Shown here one piece after another: positions 1 through 6,075 of a stretch of 6,888 nt of DNA. Both the position numbers and the translations under genes were made by a program. A model generated the notes under the pieces. The model had not been told where the DNA came from. It did not search any database and worked only from the letters and a program-made list of their open reading frames with translations. Each line of letters starts with the position of its first letter. Positions within the stretch are counted from its first letter, which is position 1. This DNA is from Octopus sinensis (Eukaryota): contig NW_021829199.1 in assembly GCF_006345805.1 (NCBI RefSeq), positions 1 through 6,888 on the forward strand. The letters run 5' to 3'.

Positions 1-100
1 TTTTATGTATATGGACGCAGCACTGACACAAAAAGGAAAAATCAAAGAAAACAGATTCATCCAATCATATGTATTTGTAGTTAAATGTGTGGTTTTATAA

Positions 101-270
101 CACAGCACACACACACACAGATAAACAAGCTCACACACACAACACATATCATATCGTATACAATTACATATATCCATTTATCCACATTGTATGTGATACA
201 GAGAAAGACATATCTATATTTCTCTCTCCTACCCTGCATATATACTATATAAATGGTAATCTTTATATAG

Positions 271-307
<37 letters not shown>

Positions 308-335
308 CTATAATGGGTGTTGTGTGTGTGTGTGT

Positions 336-380
<45 letters not shown>

Positions 381-408
381 ATATTTATTTATATATATTT
401 TTATATAC
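101..408. repeat. Compound microsatellite block: short (CA)n, (AT)n and (TG)n tracts
   Basis: (CA)n at ~106-119 and ~132-141, (AT)n at ~271-307, (TG)n at ~317-380 with one GG phase shift, TA-rich tail to ~408. Confidence 0.95.
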
Positions 409-464
409 GCACGATGAGAGACAAATGACAGATAACTAGATCTAAATGTCTTCCTCTCATCAAA

Positions 465-878
465 TCTCTCTCTCTCTGTATGTATATATATATATATATA
501 TGTTTGTGTGTATGTGTATGTGTCTCTGTGTGTCTGTGTCTGTGTCTCTGTGTGTGTGTTTCTGTGTCTGTGTCTGTGTCTGTGTGCGTGTGTGTCTGTG
601 TGTGTGTATCTGTGTGTGTGTATCTGTGTGCGTGTGTCTGTGTCTGTTTGTTTGTGTGTGTGTGTGTGTGTGTGTCTCCGTGTGTGTCTGTGTCTGTGTT
701 TGTGTGTGTCTGTGTGTGTCTCCGTGTGTGTGTGTGTGTGTCTGTGTCTGTGTGTGTCTGTGTCTGTTTCTGTGTGTGTGTCTGTATCTGTTTCTGTGTG
801 TGTGTGTGTGTGTGTGGTGTGTGTGTGTGTGTATGTGTGTGTCTGTGTCCTTTTTGTTGTGTGTGTCTGTGTTTGTGT
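465..878. repeat. Long compound microsatellite (TC)n-(TA)n-(TG)n/(TCTGTG)n
   Basis: (TC)n at 465-476 and (TA)n at ~479-500, then ~380 bp of TG dinucleotide mixed with TCTGTG hexamer variants. Confidence 0.97.
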
Positions 879-994
879 AATGACACCTTATTCATGTTTC
901 CCTACATGGCATTTGATCTCATATTGGAAGGAACCGAAAACCATACTGCATCTCGCTCTAACGTATATACCAGTTCATTGCGCTGACTCTGCAA

Positions 995-1131
995 CAAACA
1001 CTCACTGACACACACACATACAGACACACACACACACACACTCACACACACATACTGACACCCACGTCTCTGTGCATACGAGTGTGAGTGTGTGCGTGTG
1101 CTAGTGTGTGTGCTGTGTGTGTGTGTGTTTG
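995..1131. repeat. Opposed (CA)n and (GT)n tracts (fold-back microsatellite pair)
   Basis: CA-rich ~998-1065, short spacer, GT-rich ~1081-1128; closed by CAAACA (995-1000) and TGTTTG (1126-1131). Confidence 0.9.
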
Positions 1132-1210
1132 ATTTGTCGTAGGATGAATAAATATTTACTTTGTTCATAAATACAGGCAATTGCTTGATCTTCGCTGATC
1201 ACAAATATTA

Positions 1211-1343
1211 ATCAAAATTTGATCACCTGTGTTTGTGGACAAACACAGGCAGATTCGTATGTGATCACACACATACACATAAATACAGATATACGTATCT
1301 GTGTGTTTATGTGCATATGTATACAGTGTATGTGTATACATAT
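1211..1343. repeat. Cluster of short inverted repeats/palindromes
   Basis: CCTGTGTTTGT-gg-ACAAACACAGG (1226-1249, perfect 11-bp arms); CACATAAATACAGATA-tacg-TATCTGTGTGTTTATGTG (1276-1313); ATATGTATAC-9nt-GTATACATAT (1315-1343); ATCAAA-a-TTTGAT (1211-1223). Confidence 0.85.
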
Positions 1344-1403
1344 TTTTGTTCACTCTCTCACTCCCACTCTTGCTGTTTACATGCATATACAAACATAACC
1401 TAA

Positions 1404-1433
1404 GTACATACATATAATATATATAATATAATA

Positions 1434-1475
<42 letters not shown>

Positions 1476-1599
1476 AACTATAATATATATATATATATAA
1501 CTCCACTAGTGTCCGTATCTATGTTTTTGTGAATATATATATTATATATATAATATATATATATATATATATGTATATCTATCTATCTATCTATCTATC

Positions 1600-1636
<37 letters not shown>

Positions 1637-1770
1637 AATATATATATATATAATATATATTATATATATATACATGTGTGTGTCTGTGTATATGTTTGTC
1701 TGTGTATTTGTGTGTGCTTGTTTTTGTACGTAAGCATTTATGTATGGATGTAACTATGTTGTATGTATGT
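1404..1770. repeat. Compound microsatellite (TA)n ... (TA)n-(TATC)n-(TA)n-(TG/TATG)n
   Basis: (TA)n ~1404-1500, ~30-bp unique spacer, (TA)n ~1533-1572, (TATC)n 1576-1636, (TA)n ~1637-1672, degenerate TG/TATG to ~1770. Confidence 0.95.
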
Positions 1771-1933
1771 GCTGTCTACAGAGATGTGCTTGCGTTTGCA
1801 TATATTTACACATTGTCTTTTCACTGCTAATGCATTCTTCAAGTGATATTCTTTCATATATTTATCATATCTTATTTTGTCTATTAATAGCAGGCAGACA
1901 TCAATATTATCATACCATCAGATTATTACGCTT

Positions 1934-2180
1934 AATGTCGCCTATTACTATAGCTTCTGCTGTAAACAATTTCTCTGGATAAAAACAAAATTTTGATTTT
2001 GCAAATCCGCCATCTTATATTCCTCCTTTGACTGGTTAATCCCTCGCTATATTTTTAAGCCCTTCTTAAAATCTCATACCTGTAACCTTGCTTAACCATG
2101 ACTCATTCATCGTTATCTGAGACATCACGATACGCTCTTTTGTGAATCATTTAGGCTTATCTCGAATTAATCTGCAAAAA
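1934..2180 (-). mobile_element. Degenerate non-LTR retrotransposon (LINE; CR1/L2-like) apurinic-endonuclease fragment
   Basis: Minus-strand translation: FLQINSR (2180-2160), then in one frame ITMNESWL (2116-2093), GLKNIARD*PVKGGI*DGGFA (2062-2000) and IVIGDI (1951-1934). The order matches LINE APE motifs xLQxNxR, ETWL, GYxxxRxDR..GGGVA and IxxGDFN. Contains stops; the GD motif lies too close to the GG motif, implying an internal deletion or a chance match. Confidence 0.55.
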
Positions 2181-3163
2181 CGCCCTTCTAGTGATCATCT
2201 TCCAAAAATATGCTGATTATCTCTTGTGTTTCCATCGCCGTGTTTGAAGCTGGGCCATTTTTGTACACATGTACTTTCTATAACCCACCAAGAAGCGACT
2301 AGTGAACTAAAAATATTCGAAGGTGTCCCCTGATCCTAATACACGATACAGACGTGAATATTCTCTACAAGTAATATGATCAAAAAAAATACGTGACGGG
2401 GGACGTTTCGGTGCTGTGAGCTGCCAGCTTGGTGCCTATGAACCTTCCATTCGTTACATTCACAAGAGGAGATTCAATTACCACTGATTCGTTTATAATG
2501 TGTTGGGTTTCCTTTCTTTACCGAAACCCCGTGATAAACGAGAATACATGTAACAAGTCTAAAACAACACAAGGATATGTCCGCTCCTGTGGGGACTTAA
2601 GTACATGAACAAATAATCTAATGAGAAAACTAACAGAGATATGATTTATTGGGTATCAGCCTCTACACTATCTAGTCTATTTTTTTCTATCTAGAAACAT
2701 TTTCGAAAATCAATAACGTTAGTCTTTAAATGGAATTTTTTTTAAATTTGACATTTTTCGCGGTGAAATATTCTTCAAATTTTTGGTTGCAGTAAATTTG
2801 TTGTAGGTCTAACGTCTATGGTTTATAATTATTATATTTCTTATTTTTCAGCGTATTTTACTTTACCAAATATTCCAATAGTAAAATCGTGTTTCGTGCT
2901 TCGAGACACATTGTGATTTATAGAGAAACGAAGGCGTTTGGGTCGCGAGCAATTTAGGGTCCGTTGTCTCTAACACAGGTGCTCAAACTGCGATAAATTA
3001 CAGTTAAAGCTGACTCGAAGACCTTTCGGATAGTAAAAGTAGATAGAAACAAAGAAAAAAAAACAAACATCCGAATTGGGAACAAAACAAAAATGGCAGT
3101 AACACCGTTCTATCGTCGTTTTCAGGGGGATCGGTGTGCGGCTTGTCTTCAACAGAATTATAA

Positions 3164-3232
3164 TTATATATTTATGTGTGTTTGTGAGTCTGAGTGTGTG
3201 TATGTAAGTATCTATGTATGTGTGTCTGTGTT
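3164..3232. repeat. Degenerate (TA)/(TG)/(TATG) microsatellite abutting a SINE body
   Basis: tatatatttatgtgtgtttgtgagtctgagtgtgtgtatgtaagtatctatgtatgtgtgtctgtg runs directly into the SINE segment. Confidence 0.85.
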
Positions 3233-3444
3233 TGTGCCCCTGCCATCGCTTGACAACCGATGCTAGTGTGTTTGTGTCCCCATAACATAGCGGTTCGGCA
3301 AATGTGACCGATAGATAAAGTACTAGGTTTACAAAGAATAAGGCTTAGGGTTGATTTCTTAGACTAAAAAACACCCTCTAATGCGGCGCTCCAGCATGGC
3401 CGCAGTCAAATGCCAGAAATAAGTAAAGGAATAAAAGAAAAAAA
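3225..3444 (+). mobile_element. 3' portion of an octopus-type SINE (tRNA head absent), ending in an A-rich tail
   Basis: ccatcgcttgacaaccgatgct..cggttcggcaaa..gaccgatag..aagtactagg..gcggcgctccagcatggccgcagtcaaatg matches my recollection of an abundant Octopus SINE; tail aagtaaaggaataaaagaaaaaaa. Family name not assigned without a database. Confidence 0.75.
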
Positions 3445-3447
3445 TGC

Positions 3448-3606
3448 TATACATACACATATATACATGTAACGATGGGCATCTACAAGGTTTCTAACGA
3501 TCTTATTCACTCAACTCATTCCACGGCCCTGAGCGCAAAACACTTGTGCAAAACCTCGCACGGAAATGCAGACCTCGAAATCGTATCGCTGCAAAACGAG
3601 TTTCTC
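3448..3606 (-). mobile_element. Possible highly degenerate SINE head (tRNA/CORE-like), antisense
   Basis: A CATA-type microsatellite is followed by acgatgggc, ttcactca, ggccctgag, aacacttg and gcaaaacgagtttct, colinear with the reverse complement of a recalled Octopus SINE head. Similarity is patchy and judged from memory. Confidence 0.35.
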
Positions 3607-3639
3607 TGCGAGTTTTCAAAATTTTAAAGCATTGTTTTA

Positions 3640-4080
3640 GAAGTTTTCTCCAGATTTTACTAAAGTACACATCTGCATAATCACATTTATAAAATATTTT
3701 TTAATTAACGGACAAAAATCAGGAAACGGCTTAATAACACACAAATGGAATTTATTGACTTGCAAGCATTATTGAAAGTTAAATTTTGTTCCATTTCTTC
3801 TTTCCAAATGCAATTGAAAGTATTAATTTTTCAGCAGATCATTACCGTGAGAATAATTTTCTAAGCTAAAATTGAAATTGCTTAGAATTGCACCTGCCAT
3901 ATCGGAACAAACTCATAAGATGTGAGCAAACATTTTCATCTACGGGTGTCTGTTTAAAAACGAAATATTGTCACGATTGAGTGAGGCGCATTTGAAGACT
4001 TACCTGTTAATGACAGAAACTAATCTAACTCCGTGGACTTAAATCTTGGCGAAATGAGAACGCATTCAAAGCATTCATCA
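3640..4080 (+). mobile_element. Fossil hAT-superfamily (Charlie/Buster/SPIN; GTF2IRD2/EPM2AIP1-like) transposase, C-terminal dimerisation region
   Basis: QMEFIDLQ (3742-3765), LKVKF (3772-3786), KLKLKLLRIA (3863-3892), CEQTFS (3921-3938), KTKY (3957-3968), 1-bp deletion, then SRLSEAHLKTYLLMTETNLTP (3971-4033). Colinear with the family pattern QMELIDLQ..LKxKF..FPxL..FGSTYxCEQxFS..KxKxRSRLxDxHL..TPD. Confidence 0.85.
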
Positions 4081-4324
4081 ATTATTGTGTTGTTTAATAT
4101 AAGGCAATATAAGATGATCCATCGGGTGGTTTAGCGCCCACAACATGGATACATTTAGCGAAGTACTAGCACTGCGTCGCTTACTTATTGAATAACATTA
4201 TAGAACAGAAGGTTTAGTTTTATCCTCATAACTTTTTCTGAAAAATAAATGTATTATCTGTAATATATCCTTTGTTTATAAGCATAAGTATGTCCTCAAT
4301 GATCAAACCCACCCTGTATATAGC

Positions 4325-4364
4325 TATATCTATATCTATCTATCTATCCATCTATTATCTATCC

Positions 4365-4413
<49 letters not shown>

Positions 4414-4813
4414 ATTCTATCTATCTATCTACTATATATAAATATTATATATATATATATATATATAATATATATATATAGGAAGTGTATGTGTAGATAA
4501 ATAGAAAGATAAATAGATAGATAGAAAGAGAAAGAGAGAGAGAGAGAACGTAGATATATATATATATATACCAATATTTGTGTGTGTGTATACGCATTTA
4601 TATGTATGTATGTACGCATGTACGTACGCATGTACGTACATTTGTATGTATGCATGTGCATGCATTGTGCATATATGCATGTATGCATGTATGTATATAT
4701 GTATGTAAGTATATATGTATGTATATACGTACGTATGTATGTATGAATGTATGTATGTATGAATGTATGTATGTATGTATGTATGTATGTATTATCTATG
4801 TGTGTATGTATGT
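4325..4813. repeat. Large compound microsatellite (TATC)n-(TA)n-(GATA/GA)n-(TA)n-(TG)n-(TATG)n
   Basis: (TATC)n ~4325-4430, (TA)n ~4433-4480, GATA/GA-rich ~4494-4547, (TA)n ~4554-4570, (TG)n ~4579-4589, (TATG)n with variants ~4600-4813. Confidence 0.97.
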
Positions 4814-5116
4814 AGAAATGCCAAATAAGCGTGTAAATTTCCGAAGAGATAGTTAACTGAAGGCGTAAAAGACAGCTGGCGTCACCATTCCTCACTTTAA
4901 AGCAATCTTAAAAACAACAGGACTCAAATCCCTTTCATTCGCAGTGAAGGATTTAGGAATGAAATTATTTCTCCCTCAATTTTTTTTTTTGTTCAGAAAT
5001 CATAAAACTATAAAAGTTAACAAAGAAATAATATATTTGAAGTGAAAATAAGATGAGATAGCAATCTTCAAAAAACGAAAAAGTAACATATATACATTCA
5101 TTTTTTTAAGGCGTAT

Positions 5117-5503
5117 GATCTGATAAAACGAAATAGCGGATTTTTGGGCAAAAACATGGAGGAGAATGTAAAAATGTGAGAGAGAAAGCTAATGCATCAT
5201 GGCAGACGTAATGTAAGACTAAAAACTTGTTAAGATTTTGTCAGTTATACAAGTAAGAAGTTGAGGAGATCTGCAAAAGAATCAGTTGATGTGCATCAGA
5301 GAAATAAGAATCTACACTGTATGCTTGATTGGAGGTGCAACAGCGGCATGAGGAGGAACCGATGGACCAAATCGGGTATGCTAAATTATGTCAAAAGGCA
5401 CTTGAGGAAGCTCAGAAGAATGGGCAGAAGGTTGCACGGAGACGCACAAAGAGATTGGCGTCAGCTGTTAACGAAAATTAAAGTGGCTATATTGTAAATT
5501 GAA
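5117..5503 (+). mobile_element. Fossil Helitron Rep domain, part upstream of the SINE insertion
   Basis: DLIKRNSGFLGK (5117-5152; ~DLxKxxIFGK), *ERKLMHH (5177-5200; degenerate EW/FQKRGLPHxH HUH motif), VH (5291-5296), NKNLHCMLDWRC (5303-5338; ~NPNSPCMxDGKC), frameshift, EEEPMDQIGY (5350-5379; ~EETxxxxxGYP), NGQKV (5419-5433), LLTK..I..IE (5465-5503; ~LLxKYNAHINVE). May extend back to ~5050. Confidence 0.65.
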
Positions 5504-5690
5504 GGCGGCGTGCTGGCAGAAACGTTAGCACGCCGGGCGAAATGCGTAGTCGTATTTCGTCTGCCGTTACGTTCTGAGTTCAAATTCCGCCGAGGTCGAC
5601 TTTGCCTTTCATCCTTTCGGGGTCGATAAATTAAGTACCAGTTACGCACTGGGGTCGATATAATCGACTTAATTCGTTTGTCAATCCTTG
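5504..5690 (+). mobile_element. tRNA-derived SINE copy A (octopus-type), 3'-truncated
   Basis: GGCGGCG start, A-box-like TGGCAGAAACG and B-box-like GTTCAAATTCC, followed by the central gtcgactttgcctttcatcctttcggggtcgataaattaagtacca block. Two further copies in this window confirm it is a repeat. Confidence 0.9.
5514..5588 (+). promoter_or_regulatory. Internal RNA polymerase III type-2 promoter-like A and B boxes of SINE copy A
   Basis: A-box-like TGGCAGAAACG at 5514-5524; B-box-like GTTCAAATTCC at 5578-5588, deviating slightly from GTTCRANNC. Activity unknown. Confidence 0.5.
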
Positions 5691-5692
5691 GA

Positions 5693-5819
5693 TAACTGGT
5701 ACTTAATTTATCGACCACGAAAGGATAAAAGGCAAAGTCGACCTCGGCGGAATTTGAACTCAGTACGTAGTGGCAACCGAAATACTTCTAAGCATTTCGC
5801 CCGGCGTGCTAACGTTTCT
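5693..5819 (-). mobile_element. SINE copy B (same family), truncated at both ends
   Basis: Its reverse complement aligns without gaps to 5518-5644 with 10 mismatches in 127 bp (hand count). Confidence 0.92.
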
Positions 5820-5820
5820 T

Positions 5821-6075
5821 ATCTCTTGCCCACAAGAGTCTAAGCATAGAGGGGACAACAAGGACAGACAAAGGGATTAAATCGATTACACCGACCCCAC
5901 TGCGTAACTGGTACTTAATTTATCGACCCCGAAAAGATGAAAGGCAAAGTCGACCTCGGCGGAATTTGAATGAATCAGAATGTAACGGCAGACGAAATAC
6001 TGCTACGCCCGCGTGCTAACGTTTCTCGGCCGTTGCTCTCTCTTCCATGTTAATCGTTTCTGCCAGCTCGCTGCC
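5821..6075 (-). mobile_element. SINE copy C (same family), near full length, with an insertion in the A-box region
   Basis: Head GGCAGCGAGCTGGCAGAAACG (reverse complement of 6055-6075), 28-bp insert, 7-bp deletion (aaatgcg) relative to copy A, B box altered to ATTCATTCAAATTCC. The body extends past the end of copy A (ttgtcccctctatgcttagactcttgtgggc). Confidence 0.9.

Noticed and set aside
87-1753. Long ORFs rich in CV, HT or YI repeats (e.g. 401-895, 446-880, 480-986, 508-1008, 902-1180, 1165-1506)
   Set aside because: They are translations of stop-free microsatellites, open in several frames and on both strands, with no domain content.
2488-2542. Imperfect hairpin (cgtttat/ataaacg and gggtttc/gaaaccc) as a pre-miRNA
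   Set aside because: The stem is short with an asymmetric bulge, no mature miRNA is recognised, and such hairpins are expected by chance.
2835-2851. Splice-acceptor-like tttcttatttttcag
   Set aside because: All three downstream frames close within ~35 codons and no convincing donor follows. A UTR or lncRNA exon cannot be excluded without RNA data.
2976-2990. CAGGTGCTCAAACTG as the 5' TIR of the hAT fossil
   Set aside because: Only a partial resemblance; no complementary 3' TIR or TSD was found and no subterminal motifs follow.
4114-4154. Hairpin starting with ATGA as a SECIS element
   Set aside because: The GA quartet register does not fit the stem, there is no apical AA motif, and no selenoprotein context exists.
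4272-4895. ORFs over the TATC/TATG tracts
   Set aside because: Microsatellite artefacts.
4979-4996. Poly-T followed by gttcag, acceptor-like
   Set aside because: Early stops occur in all frames; it is more simply a poly-T tract.
5261-5497. 78-aa ORF read as an RTE-LINE C-terminus (LDW..YVKRHLRKL..WRQL) or as a real exon
   Set aside because: The resemblance is superficial. A Helitron Rep reading explains more motifs in the correct order and continues beyond the SINEs. No good splice acceptor is present.
5504-5590. tRNA gene
   Set aside because: A/B-box-like motifs are present but no cloverleaf is evident, and the sequence continues into a repeated SINE body.
5504-6075. CRISPR-like array or MITE
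   Set aside because: The repeats are long SINE copies in mixed orientation with no spacers. The terminal inverted ends are simply two SINE heads, and there is no TSD.
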